Positions 29,412 to 39,569 of a stretch of DNA of 64,000 nucleotides are shown here, piece by piece (position 1 is the first letter of the stretch; each line of letters starts with the position of its first letter). Source of the DNA: Bdellovibrionales bacterium (lineage in GTDB: Bacteria > Bdellovibrionota > Bdellovibrionia > Bdellovibrionales > JAMPXM01); assembly GCA_043739185.1 (NCBI GenBank), contig JAYUEN010000530.1, forward strand, positions 1 to 64,000, read 5' to 3'. The notes below the pieces were generated by a model. It did not search any database. It was not told where the DNA came from and saw nothing but the letters and a program-made list of their open reading frames with translations. The position numbers and the translations under genes were made by a program.

Positions 29412-31406
29412 ATGATGAAATTCAAGTTTTTAAGACTGTTGTTCAAGTGTTCAACCTTTGCTCTGCTGCTCGCGCTGCAGAACGCCTGTGAAAGTGCCCC
29501 AAAAAAGCCAGCCTATCGTCCAGAAAAAGCAACGCCCTCAACGCAACTTGAATATCAAGCCGCTAAGAAAAATTTCGATGCCAAAGATAGCAAACATGCG
29601 CTTGCACGCTTAAAAAAATTCGTACAAACGAATCCCAATTCCGAACTTGCACCGAATGCATATTTTTTAATGGGTCAAATTTATTCAGACGGTCAGGACC
29701 TGACCGATGCTTTGATTTGTTACCGAAACGCCTCGGTAGCTGACAATCAGATCGGCGCAGAAGCAGAGCTTCGGGCCGCGAGAATTGCACTTAAACTCAC
29801 GAAGTACGATGACGCAAAGCTTTTAATTGATGCCTTTGGAGCGAGATCGAAAATATCGCCAGAACAAGAATACAATGTGAATATTTTGAAGCTCGAGCTT
29901 TTGCAAAGGCAAAACAAGAATATCGAGGCGCTTGCTGTCTTGGCAAATTTGATCCGAAGCGATGCCAACCCTAAAAATAAAGTTTTACTAAATCAGCAGG
30001 CCGTAGATCTCGTTGAAAACCGTCTGAGTTTTGATGAGGCCAAAGAGGTTTCAGATCATTCTAGCTATGGCGTCTTGCAAATTCCCGCAAAATTTCGGGT
30101 TGGTACTTATTTATTTGAACAGGCCAACTTCGGTCGTGCAAAATTTTATCTACAAGACATTATTAATCAAGCGCCTGGCTCTTCTTACTTTGAGCGCGCC
30201 AAAAGTATGGTAACAGCCATCGATAGTCGTGACCGCGTTGATGCCAAAACCATAGGTCTTGTTGTTCCGCTTTCTGGCAAGCGGGCGGTAGTTGGATATA
30301 AAACTTTGCGCGGAGTGCAGCTTGGCTTGGGAATTTATGGGCACCTGCCGTCGAACTTTAAACTTGCCGTAATTGATAGTGAAATGAATCCCGATGTTGC
30401 CCGCAAAGCTGTTTCAAAACTCGTTTTAGAAGATAGCGTGATCGCCATTATTGGTGGTGTTGAGAGTAAAACCGCAGGGGCTGAGGCCGCAAAGGCGCAA
30501 GAACTCGGCGTTCCTTTTATTGCACTAACCCAAAAGCCTGGCATTACAGAAATTGGCGACTCTATTTTTCGCAACGCTTTAACCGGCGCCATGCTTGTTC
30601 AAAAGCTCGTTGATACTGCAATGAATGATCTGCATTTGTCGCGCTTTGCTCTGATGTTTCCGAATGATGCTTATGGTGTCGAGTATGCAAATCTCTTTTG
30701 GGATCAAGTTCGAGCAAGCGGTGGAACTATCGTCGCGGCACAGCCTTATAATCCGAAAGACACAGACTTTACGCCCTATATTCAGCGTCTCGCTGGGACT
30801 TTTTATACTGAGGATCGAAACGAAGAGTTCAAGGCTAGAATGAAGTCCTGGGAAGAAAAAACTCAAAAGAAAATTCGCAATGCTGAAATCCCTACTTATG
30901 AAAAGTTGCTTCCTCCTGTGGTCGACTTCGATGCGATTTTTATACCAGATACCGCACAGGCACTTAGCGCAATCGCCTCTTATCTGCCTTATTACGACGT
31001 AGACAATATTTACTTACTCGGTACAAATATTTGGAATAATCCGATTCTAACAACCAAACCAGAACTTAAAAAAACCCTGGAGCGCAGTATTTTTGTCGAC
31101 AGTTTCTTAACCACTGAAAAGTCTTTTCAAAACTCTGAATTTTTCTCTTCCTATCGTCATGTCTTTAGTGAGGACCCTGGAATATTCGAAGTACAAGCTT
31201 ATGATTCGGCCCTTATTTTAAGACAACTTCTTCAAAGCGGCGCAGACTCAAGAGGTTTGGTAACGGCGCGCTTGCACTCTCTAAAAAACTTTCCTGGTGC
31301 ACTTGGGCCACTTTCAATTTCTCAGAACCGCGAAATTTTTCGGCCCGTAATTGATTTGAAAATTCAAAACGGCCAAATCGTCCAGCTTGGTAAAGTTAAA
31401 AACTAG
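29412..31406 (+). CDS. LpoA/LppC-like lipoprotein (TPR + periplasmic-binding-fold), putative PBP activator
   Basis: Lipobox-like LQNAC, TPR-like N-half, then IGLVVPLSG...DFDAIFIPD type C-half. Confidence 0.8.
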   Translation: MMKFKFLRLLFKCSTFALLLALQNACESAPKKPAYRPEKATPSTQLEYQAAKKNFDAKDSKHALARLKKFVQTNPNSELAPNAYFLMGQIYSDGQDLTDALICYRNASVADNQIGAEAELRAARIALKLTKYDDAKLLIDAFGARSKISPEQEYNVNILKLELLQRQNKNIEALAVLANLIRSDANPKNKVLLNQQAVDLVENRLSFDEAKEVSDHSSYGVLQIPAKFRVGTYLFEQANFGRAKFYLQDIINQAPGSSYFERAKSMVTAIDSRDRVDAKTIGLVVPLSGKRAVVGYKTLRGVQLGLGIYGHLPSNFKLAVIDSEMNPDVARKAVSKLVLEDSVIAIIGGVESKTAGAEAAKAQELGVPFIALTQKPGITEIGDSIFRNALTGAMLVQKLVDTAMNDLHLSRFALMFPNDAYGVEYANLFWDQVRASGGTIVAAQPYNPKDTDFTPYIQRLAGTFYTEDRNEEFKARMKSWEEKTQKKIRNAEIPTYEKLLPPVVDFDAIFIPDTAQALSAIASYLPYYDVDNIYLLGTNIWNNPILTTKPELKKTLERSIFVDSFLTTEKSFQNSEFFSSYRHVFSEDPGIFEVQAYDSALILRQLLQSGADSRGLVTARLHSLKNFPGALGPLSISQNREIFRPVIDLKIQNGQIVQLGKVKN

Positions 31407-31459
31407 TTTATCACCCTAAATTGTCACTCTGACTCATTCATAATACTTGCCTACGTCTT

Positions 31460-31474
31460 GTTTCATATTGAGAC
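31460..31474. promoter_or_regulatory. palindromic operator-like motif GTYTCA-N3-TGARAC
   Basis: GTTTCA-TAT-TGAGAC upstream of the first DksA-like gene. Confidence 0.5.
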
Positions 31475-31635
31475 GTGCTAAAATTTTAACCTATTTTATC
31501 GAGCTTCCGGTCTTACCTGATACTAAGGCACTGGCCTTAGGAAGAGTTTAAGTTTTTTTCCTACACTTATCCATGATGGATGCCGAAAGGTTGGGCCAAG
31601 GACGGCTCGAAGACTTGGCGACTAGAGAGGTAAAA

Positions 31636-32013
31636 ATGGCACACCAAAAATTGACTCCCGCAATTATTGAAGACTGCAAATCAAAATTGCTCCACGCTAA
31701 ACAAGATATTTTGAATCGCGTACTCAATGCGAAATCAGAATTTGAATCCCTTGATTTACGGGGTGGGGACGAGGCAGACCAAACTATGAATCTACTCGCT
31801 GAAAATGAGTTTCTAACTTCTCAACATCGCCTCAAGGATCAACTTCTTGAAATTGAATTCGCACTCGCGCGCATTCAACAGGGCCGTTACGGAGTATGTG
31901 AAGAAACCGAAGAGCCCATTGAAATCGAACGCCTTAAAGCCTTGCCGTGGACTCGCGTGAGCATCGAAGGTGCTGAAATTCGCGAAGCGGTGAAGCGCAA
32001 GTTTGCACGTTAA
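31636..32013 (+). CDS. DksA/TraR-family protein, Zn-independent type
   Basis: GDEADQ coiled-coil tip. YGVCEETEEPI..ERL.ALPWTRVSIEGA retains only one of the four finger Cys. Start 31636 after GAGAGG. Confidence 0.88.
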   Translation: MAHQKLTPAIIEDCKSKLLHAKQDILNRVLNAKSEFESLDLRGGDEADQTMNLLAENEFLTSQHRLKDQLLEIEFALARIQQGRYGVCEETEEPIEIERLKALPWTRVSIEGAEIREAVKRKFAR

Positions 32014-32265
32014 GAAATACCTTGTTTCCCCAATGACACGACTAAACTAATTTTGTTTAGTCGCGCGCGCCCAGCGTCACTATGCTGAATTTTTATTCTT
32101 TCCATTATAAAATATTTGCGTCACAAATCTGCAAAAGAAAATAGCAGCTTGAATTTTTTTAGTGACAAGCTTCACAGAGATATTTAAAAGCTTAAAAGTT
32201 CTGTTAGAGTAAAAAGACTTTTGGTTTCAAAGCAACGCTTGCGATAATCTGAGGGGAGTATTCCT

Positions 32266-32631
32266 GTGATGCGAGAAAATGATTTTGAGTTTTTTAAATC
32301 ACTGCTATTACAACAACGATCTGAGCTGTTAAATAAAGCAATTATCTTTAAAGAAGAGTCCTTAACTGAAAGAGTCTGTCATGGAGACGAGGGCGATATT
32401 GCCGCAAGCGAACTCTCGCTCAGTATGCATCTTAGGCTGCAAGAGCGCCATATGCAGTTGCTGCAAAAAATCGATCATAGCCTTTCAAAGATTGACTCTA
32501 AACGCTTTGGTCTTTGTGAGCTTTGCGAGGAGCCGATGAATTTGAGCCGGCTTAAGGCGCGCCCTGTAGCGAGCCTCTGTATTGCCTGCAAAGAAGATCA
32601 AGAAAGCGTTGAACGTTCCTTTGCAACTTAG
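32266..32631 (+). CDS. dksA: DksA/TraR-family C4 zinc-finger protein
   Basis: GDEGDIA (DxxDxA) and CELC...RL.ARP.ASLCIACK; GAGGGGAG RBS. Confidence 0.85.
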   Translation: MMRENDFEFFKSLLLQQRSELLNKAIIFKEESLTERVCHGDEGDIAASELSLSMHLRLQERHMQLLQKIDHSLSKIDSKRFGLCELCEEPMNLSRLKARPVASLCIACKEDQESVERSFAT

Positions 32632-32891
32632 AAGGCATTTGACCTCTAAATAAAATTTTTGCTTCACTCGCCGTAAGCCAGATCTAGTCTGGCTCAAATC
32701 AATATCCTCAGTATTTAGCCAAACAATATTTTATCTTAGGCATCATGCCAAGCCTCAGTCCGGTCCAGGAAAGCCTTACCTACAGCCTGTTTCCGGGTGT
32801 TCATGTATTTGTAATTCCAATCAATTTGTCGAGATTTTCAGTTTTTTTGCGTTTTTTCATCATTTCAATACTTTAATTCGGCTTAATTCTT

Positions 32892-32919
32892 TAAAGGCTT
32901 TTGCGGAGCCGGCCGAGAA
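32892..32919 (+). promoter_or_regulatory. sigma28-like promoter upstream of lon
   Basis: TAAA-N16-GCCGAGAA. Confidence 0.45.
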
Positions 32920-32988
32920 GTTTATCAGGAATTCATAACCATATTCTCGTGCTTATATGAGAATTTTCCCGCTTAAGCGGAGGACTAA

Positions 32989-35397
32989 ATGGCATTTGAC
33001 GATAAATCAGTCGAGATCCCTGAAACACTACCGATGTTGCCCGTACGAGACATCGTCGTATTTCCTTATATGATTCTTCCGCTTTTCGTGGGCCGAGAGG
33101 CCTCTGTAAAATCGGTTGAAGAAGCGCTGGCAAAAAATCGCCTGATTTTTTTGGCCTCGCAAAAAGAGATCACTGAAGAAAATCCGACGGAGACTACGAT
33201 TTATCAAGTCGGCACCATCGCCCGCATTATGAGAATGCGAAAACTGGCAGATGGTAGAGTGAAAATTTTAATTCAAGGTGAGGCCAAGGGTCGAATCACC
33301 AAATATACAAAGTCCTCGCCAAATTTTGAAGTTGCCGTTGAGAAAATTGAAGAGCTTCCTTGCCCTGAAGCTGAAATTGAATATGAGGCGATGATCCGTA
33401 ATGCCAAAGAACAACTTGAGAAAATCATTGCTCTCGGCAAAGTACTTTCGCCCGATATCTTATTGATCTTAGATGATGTAAAAGAGCCAGGCCGCCTTGC
33501 TGATTTGATTGCGAGTAACTTAGGCCTAAAAGTTTCGGATGCGCAAAAGGTTCTTGAAACCCAAGACCCCAAAGCACGCCTTGGTATCGTGAACGAAATT
33601 CTAACCAACGAACTTGAAGTTCTTCAAATGCAAGCTCGTATTCGCAATACCGCAAAAGATGAAATGTCAAAAAGCCAAAGAGAATATTTCTTACGCGAGC
33701 AAATGCGCGCCATTAAAAACGAACTTGGCGAAGCCGATTCTAAAACTGAAGAAATTGATGAGCTAAGAGAAAAGGTCATGCACGCTGGCATGCCTGAAAC
33801 GGTATTAACTGAAGCCCTTAAGCAGCTGGGCAGACTCGAGCGCATGCATCCAGACGCAAGTGAAGCCTCAATGGTGCGCACTTATCTGGATTGGATGATC
33901 GACCTTCCTTGGAACAAAAAGACCGAAGATAATTTAGATATCGTTCGCGCCAAAAATATTCTCGATGACGATCACTATGATCTTCACAAAGTAAAAGATC
34001 GCATTTTAGAGTTCCTCGCCGTTCGAAAACTAAAATCTGATTTAAAGGGACCTATTATGTGTTTGGTCGGGCCCCCTGGCGTGGGTAAAACCTCGCTCGG
34101 CAAAAGCGTTGCCCGCTCAATGGGACGCGAATATTTTAGAATTGCCCTTGGTGGAGTAAAAGACGAAGCCGAGATTCGCGGTCATCGCAGAACTTATGTT
34201 GGCGCAATGCCTGGCAAGGTAGTTCAGGCGCTTAAACAAGTTAAAACCAATAATCCGGTTATTGTATTAGATGAGATCGACAAATTAGGTAGCGATTTCA
34301 GAGGCGATCCAAGTGCCGCGATGTTAGAGGTGCTTGATCCTGAGCAAAATTCGACATTCCGAGATAATTATCTCAATGTGGATTTCAATTTAAGTAATGT
34401 CTTATTTATAGCAACCGCAAATGTGGTCGAAAATATTCCGGCCGCACTTCGCGACCGCATGGAAATGGTTTACCTCTCTGGCTATACTGAAAATGACAAA
34501 CTCCTCATTGCCAACAAACATTTAGTCGATCGCCAAATTGAAGCGAATGGTTTAACTGCTGCGAATATCGAGTTTAAAGAAGATGGGATGAAGTATTTGA
34601 TCTCTCACTATACTCGTGAAGCTGGCTTAAGAAATCTTGAGCGCGAAGTGGGTTCGATCTGCCGAAAAGTTGCAAAACTTGTTGTCCAAGGTCTAAAAGA
34701 AAAGGTCTTTGTCACTGGGGAAAAGGTTGTTGAACTCTTGGGTGCCCCAAGATTCTTAAGAGATGATCGACTTAAAGAAAATCAAGTCGGAATTGCCACG
34801 GGCCTCGCATGGACTCAGGCCGGCGGAGAGGTTCTGTACGTTGAAGCACTCAAAATGAAGGGCAAGGGCGGCCTCGTGCTGACCGGCCAAATGGGTGATG
34901 TGATGAAGGAGTCTGCAACGGCAGCGCTCTCTTATGCCCGCGCTCACGCAAAAGAACTTGGGATCGATGAGGATTGGTCAGATAACCATGTGGTTCACGT
35001 CCACATACCTGCTGGCGCCATTCCAAAAGATGGTCCAAGCGCAGGTATCACAATGGCTACAACTTTAATTAGTCTAATGACGGACACTCCGATTCGAACC
35101 GATGTCGCCATGACAGGCGAAGTTACGCTGTCAGGCCGTGTTCTCGCAATCGGTGGAATCAAAGAAAAAGCTCTCGCTGCACTCTTGCACGGAGTGAAGA
35201 CGGTGATTTGTCCATTGCAAAATCAAAAAGATGTTTCTGAAATTCCAGAAGAGTTTAAAAAGAATCTCAACTTTATTTTTGTTGAACATCTTGACGAAGT
35301 TTTGGCAATGGCACTTGAAGATAAAATTGGTAAGCGCACCAAGCCTACGCCAAAGAACAAAAAGCAAAAAGACTCACCGGCTGCTTCGGCCGCCTAG
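32989..35397 (+). CDS. lon: ATP-dependent protease La
   Basis: LON N-domain, GPPGVGKTS, PKDGPSAG catalytic Ser, GGIKEK. Confidence 0.98.
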   Translation: MAFDDKSVEIPETLPMLPVRDIVVFPYMILPLFVGREASVKSVEEALAKNRLIFLASQKEITEENPTETTIYQVGTIARIMRMRKLADGRVKILIQGEAKGRITKYTKSSPNFEVAVEKIEELPCPEAEIEYEAMIRNAKEQLEKIIALGKVLSPDILLILDDVKEPGRLADLIASNLGLKVSDAQKVLETQDPKARLGIVNEILTNELEVLQMQARIRNTAKDEMSKSQREYFLREQMRAIKNELGEADSKTEEIDELREKVMHAGMPETVLTEALKQLGRLERMHPDASEASMVRTYLDWMIDLPWNKKTEDNLDIVRAKNILDDDHYDLHKVKDRILEFLAVRKLKSDLKGPIMCLVGPPGVGKTSLGKSVARSMGREYFRIALGGVKDEAEIRGHRRTYVGAMPGKVVQALKQVKTNNPVIVLDEIDKLGSDFRGDPSAAMLEVLDPEQNSTFRDNYLNVDFNLSNVLFIATANVVENIPAALRDRMEMVYLSGYTENDKLLIANKHLVDRQIEANGLTAANIEFKEDGMKYLISHYTREAGLRNLEREVGSICRKVAKLVVQGLKEKVFVTGEKVVELLGAPRFLRDDRLKENQVGIATGLAWTQAGGEVLYVEALKMKGKGGLVLTGQMGDVMKESATAALSYARAHAKELGIDEDWSDNHVVHVHIPAGAIPKDGPSAGITMATTLISLMTDTPIRTDVAMTGEVTLSGRVLAIGGIKEKALAALLHGVKTVICPLQNQKDVSEIPEEFKKNLNFIFVEHLDEVLAMALEDKIGKRTKPTPKNKKQKDSPAASAA

Positions 35398-35399
35398 TC

Positions 35400-36206
35400 T
35401 TAGAGTTCCATATCTAAAGATACGCCCGCAAAACTTGATGAGTTTTGCGGTTCAATCAATACCAAGCCGGTCGTATAAGGTGCCGCATCCGAAGAGCCGA
35501 TGCCCCACCACTGAAAATAGGGTTTGATTCCGTACCACGTCGACCCCAAAAGTAAACGATACTCTAGTTGAATTCGAATACCCGCTCCAGAAGATTGAGT
35601 ATTGGTCACATCTGGGTTTGCAGGATTGGTGTCACTTAAATGACTTTTCACTTTTCCAAAAACAAATAAATCATATTCTAAATCGAGGCCAAAAATACTG
35701 CTCTCTGAATATCTGTATTCCATCCGACCGCCGAGCGGCAAAAAAACATAGGCTACTTCTCGCAAATACCCTGAGGTTGAGTTCACGCGGTCATTTAAAT
35801 AGCGGCCACCGACCCCGAGTTTGAAAAAATACTCTGCCTTATCCGATGAGTAAAAATTGTATTCTGGTATCACTCGGCCAACCAATAAGTAATCGTAAGC
35901 CCCAGCCTTTAATGGCGCAATTTGGCCGGTGGTCGTATCTTTAACAGAACCGTCGTATTGAATATTTCCAAATTGAGCGCTGCTTTCTATACGCACATCA
36001 AACTTAGATAAAAAACTAAGCTGAACGACTTCGTCCACGCCATACATCAAGCCATAAAATGAAATATAACCTGGCTCCAAATAATTAACCCAGCCTGTAG
36101 AAAAGCCAACACGATAACTATTCGCTTCTTCTTTGGCTTGAGCATTCAAAAAGACGCTCTGAGCGCACAGTGCAAAGAGGGCCATCTGCAGAAACAGTTT
36201 TTTCAT
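35400..36206 (-). CDS. putative outer-membrane beta-barrel protein
   Basis: Signal peptide (..NAQA); aromatic-rich alternating strands; ends AGVSLDMEL. Confidence 0.7.
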   Translation of the reverse strand: MKKLFLQMALFALCAQSVFLNAQAKEEANSYRVGFSTGWVNYLEPGYISFYGLMYGVDEVVQLSFLSKFDVRIESSAQFGNIQYDGSVKDTTTGQIAPLKAGAYDYLLVGRVIPEYNFYSSDKAEYFFKLGVGGRYLNDRVNSTSGYLREVAYVFLPLGGRMEYRYSESSIFGLDLEYDLFVFGKVKSHLSDTNPANPDVTNTQSSGAGIRIQLEYRLLLGSTWYGIKPYFQWWGIGSSDAAPYTTGLVLIEPQNSSSFAGVSLDMEL

Positions 36207-36209
36207 TTT

Positions 36210-36581
36210 TTAGTTTTCGGAATAGATTAGTTTTTTAAGGCGTTCATTGTCGTTTTCTAATACACGTACCAACATCTTAAGGTCGCTCACTTCTTCTTTC
36301 AATTGAATGAGTTGCCCTTCTTTATCTTGCAAAATACTTGTATAGGCCTTTTTGAGTTCAGCCAATAATTTGGTGGCGCTAGCAATAACAGGTTCTTCAT
36401 CTGCTTCGAAGTGGACATTCTTTTCTTCATTCGCCTGTGGTGCTGAGTCGAGCAAAAAATATTTGCCTTCATAAAGCTTAAAGTCGACTGAATCATTTTT
36501 AATTCGTCTTCTTAACGTCGAAATGCTCACGCTATATTTCGAAGAATATTTTGCAAGCGACAACCACTGAGATGCTTCCAT
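36210..36581 (-). CDS. MerR/Xis-like HTH + coiled-coil protein
   Basis: WLSLAKYSSKYSVSISTLRRRIK (HTH_17/MerR-like), then a heptad-rich C-terminal helix. Confidence 0.75.
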   Translation of the reverse strand: MEASQWLSLAKYSSKYSVSISTLRRRIKNDSVDFKLYEGKYFLLDSAPQANEEKNVHFEADEEPVIASATKLLAELKKAYTSILQDKEGQLIQLKEEVSDLKMLVRVLENDNERLKKLIYSEN

Positions 36582-36680
36582 TTCGTAAGTCCTTTAAATA
36601 AACGCAATCGAACGAATCGGCTTCATTTTAGTCCGAAAGCCTTTCCCGGACAAACTAAGCTTCTTCTGCTATATTTCAAT

Positions 36681-36696
36681 ACTTTTCATGAAAAGT
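36681..36696. promoter_or_regulatory. perfect 16-bp palindrome, candidate operator
   Basis: ACTTTTCATGAAAAGT in the AT-rich divergent intergenic region. Confidence 0.4.
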
Positions 36697-36875
36697 GAAA
36701 TTATAAAGTTATTAATTCTGCATAACTATATATTTTCTCTTTTGTTTCAATAAACAAGGCCGTCGCCATTTTCGTCCAACATTCAGCGATTCTTCGATAA
36801 TTTTAGGCCTTTCGGCCATAATCTCAAGGCTCAAGGTTCCTTGGCTTTAGAGGCGCGCCCGGATACAATACTCAA

Positions 36876-38084
36876 ATGCGAATAAGCGAAAAGAAGAAAA
36901 TTGCCTTGGTACTAAGTGGTGGGGGCCTAAAGGCCGCGGCCTATCATCTCGGAGTATGTTTGGCCCTGCGCGAAAAAGGTTTTAAATTTGCCGGCGGAAG
37001 TGCCAAAGACGTTAAGCTCCACTACGAAGACGATAAAATGACATTTAAAGTTTATGTCGGCGCCAGTGCTGGCGCTGTGATTTCAACTTTTTTGGCATCG
37101 GGCTTTTCAATCGACTCGATTATTGACGCGTTTGAAAAGGGTTCGGTTTCTGATCTCACGCAATTTATTCGGCGCAAGCGCCAGTTTCACTCTAGACTCA
37201 AGCCTCTTACTTATCTTGATATATTTCAGCTCAATGGCGGCCACTTCATGTCGGTTATTCCAAATGTTTGGCGACGCAAATCGATAATTACTGGCGGAAT
37301 TGAAGCCCTCATTAAAAGTGGTTTTAAAATTAATGGCTTATTCACTGCAAAGGGAATTGAGCGCTACCTAAGAAAGAACGTCACCACCGAAAATAATTTT
37401 GCGAACTTGGGGGTCGAGCTTTATATCGTTAGTACTCAGCTCAATCATTCAAGAAAGGTCATCTTCGGAAACTTCAAAGAAAGTAAAAAAGATAAAAGTA
37501 TTTATTACGCCAATTTTGCAAAAATCAGCGAAGCGGTCGCCGCCTCAACCAGTTTGCCACCTGTTTTTGCTCCCTTTAAAATTAAAAACGAAGCCGGAAA
37601 AGACTTTCATTTTTTTGACGGAGAAATTCGCGATACGCTTTCAACCCATGTGGCTGCGGACCACGGCGCAGACCTGGTTATTTCAAGTCATTCTTGGCAG
37701 CCCTATCACTATACAGCAAGACACGGTAGCCTTTCTGACTACGGGATCCCGGTCATTATCAATCAAGCGATATATCAAGTCGTAGAACAGAAAATTCAAA
37801 AGCACATTGATCATCAACAACAAATTAGTTCGATCATGGGTGCTGTCGATGGCTATTTCAGACAGGCAGAATTACCGGCAGAACATCGCGAAAAGCTCTT
37901 AGACATTCTTGCGAAGCGGGTAAACTATAATCCAGGGGTAGATTATATCTACATCCATCCGAATCCTTCTGATTCGGATATGTTTTTTGTTGATCACTTC
38001 AGTTTGAATCCTGATATTTTAGCAAAAATTGTAAATATCGGCTTTCGCTCGGCATTACAGACGCTTCGCAAATTAGATATGTAA
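36876..38084 (+). CDS. patatin-like phospholipase
   Basis: LVLSGGGLKA, GASAG (GxSxG) and DGE catalytic Asp motif. Confidence 0.9.
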   Translation: MRISEKKKIALVLSGGGLKAAAYHLGVCLALREKGFKFAGGSAKDVKLHYEDDKMTFKVYVGASAGAVISTFLASGFSIDSIIDAFEKGSVSDLTQFIRRKRQFHSRLKPLTYLDIFQLNGGHFMSVIPNVWRRKSIITGGIEALIKSGFKINGLFTAKGIERYLRKNVTTENNFANLGVELYIVSTQLNHSRKVIFGNFKESKKDKSIYYANFAKISEAVAASTSLPPVFAPFKIKNEAGKDFHFFDGEIRDTLSTHVAADHGADLVISSHSWQPYHYTARHGSLSDYGIPVIINQAIYQVVEQKIQKHIDHQQQISSIMGAVDGYFRQAELPAEHREKLLDILAKRVNYNPGVDYIYIHPNPSDSDMFFVDHFSLNPDILAKIVNIGFRSALQTLRKLDM

Positions 38085-38099
38085 GGGCCCTAAGTCTTT

Positions 38100-39569
38100 T
38101 CAAAACATATTTTCGACTGATCTTTGCACGGCTTCTAATATCGAGGTTGAAAATATTCCCAACACCAAAATCAAGACTGCGGATGCGACTAAGGCCAATC
38201 GGGTTTGGTAATGCGTAACCTTGATTCTCGCCTCTTCATTGTGATCGCTCATATACATATAAACAATCGGGCGCAGATAAAAATAGACGCTTATGACTGA
38301 GCCAATAACTCCCCAAAAAACCAACCAATACATATCTTGCTCAATGGCAGCCGAAAAAATATAAAATTTTCCGAAAAAACCTAGGGTTGGAGGAATTCCT
38401 GCCAAACTCAGCATCAAAGCACTTAAGCAAAGCGCTAAAACCGGATGATGATGGGCGAGACCTTTCAGGTTTTGTACTTCTACTTTTGAGTTTTCTGAGC
38501 TCTCTATAAGTGAGATCAAAGCAAATGAGCCCATTGTCATAATCGAATAGCTAAACAAATAAAACATGACCCCGGCAGCACCCCATCTGAAGTTCCCTCC
38601 AAAGCCCGCCGCAATTAAGCCAATCATTATATAACCCGAATGTGCAATTGAGGAGTAGGCCAGCATACGCTTTAAGTTGTCTTGCATAACAGCCGCAATA
38701 TTTCCCACGATGATAGTGAGCACCGCCAGCCACTGCATAATTTCAAAAATTCTCGGCGCACTTGCGAGCGCTTCAGAATTAAAAAGTCGCAAAAATGCAG
38801 CGAAGGTCGCCACCTTTACCGCGGTCGCCATAAACGCCGTAACCGGCGTCGGAGCGCCCTGATATACATCTGGCGCCCAAGCATGAAGCGGAAACATTGC
38901 AACCTTAAAACCAAGACCGAGTATAAGCATTGCAAAACCGACTAAAAAGAGGCGGTTTGTTCCGATCAGTTTGGTCGCTGCCGCCGCAATTTCGGGAAAG
39001 TAAGTGCTGCCAACACTGCCATAAATAAATGCGATTCCGTATAGCAAAATAGCTGAGGCAAAAGAGCCTATGACGAAATATTTAAAGGCCGCTTCTTTTG
39101 ACAGAATTTCTTCTTTGCTCATCGCCACCAAAATATAAAGGCAAAGACTCATGGTTTCGATTCCAATAAAAGTCACAATGAGGTCGTTCGACATCAGCAA
39201 TACAATCATGCCGCAAGCAGAGCTGATCATAAGAAATAAAAACTCGGCAAATTGTTTGCCACGTGTTGCAAAATTATCAAAGGCCAACATGAGTCCAATG
39301 GCAGTGATTCCGTAGACTAGGTAGCTGCCCCAAACGCTTACTCCATCCATAACTATGGCATTGCTGAAGGCTGCCTTCTTGGTTCCTTCTATGCTGGCGG
39401 TTAAACCAATTGCGAAAGCCAGGCCAATAAAGCCGTATACCAGAGTGAAAAATGGTTTCGGCTCACGATTTGAATTTATTACTTTTATGGTAAGAGGAAT
39501 GAGACTAATCGCAAACAGCGCAACGATTGGCGCCACCATAAGAAGATCTTGCAGTAGTTTTGGATTCAT
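38100..39569 (-). CDS. nuoN: NADH-quinone oxidoreductase subunit N
   Basis: EAAFKYF, FK...FPLHAWAPDVYQGAPTP and KRMLAYSSIAH motifs. Confidence 0.96.
   Translation of the reverse strand: MNPKLLQDLLMVAPIVALFAISLIPLTIKVINSNREPKPFFTLVYGFIGLAFAIGLTASIEGTKKAAFSNAIVMDGVSVWGSYLVYGITAIGLMLAFDNFATRGKQFAEFLFLMISSACGMIVLLMSNDLIVTFIGIETMSLCLYILVAMSKEEILSKEAAFKYFVIGSFASAILLYGIAFIYGSVGSTYFPEIAAAATKLIGTNRLFLVGFAMLILGLGFKVAMFPLHAWAPDVYQGAPTPVTAFMATAVKVATFAAFLRLFNSEALASAPRIFEIMQWLAVLTIIVGNIAAVMQDNLKRMLAYSSIAHSGYIMIGLIAAGFGGNFRWGAAGVMFYLFSYSIMTMGSFALISLIESSENSKVEVQNLKGLAHHHPVLALCLSALMLSLAGIPPTLGFFGKFYIFSAAIEQDMYWLVFWGVIGSVISVYFYLRPIVYMYMSDHNEEARIKVTHYQTRLALVASAVLILVLGIFSTSILEAVQRSVENMF

Noticed and set aside
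32039..32063. Inverted repeat CGACTAAAC-N7-GTTTAGTCG (also 31523-31540 and 32676-32694)
   Set aside because: Isolated short hairpins with no U-tract and no second copy seen, so no function can be assigned.
32640..32980. Riboswitch or ncRNA in the dksA-lon intergenic region
   Set aside because: No recognisable aptamer or SRP/6S motif by eye; an Rfam scan would be needed.
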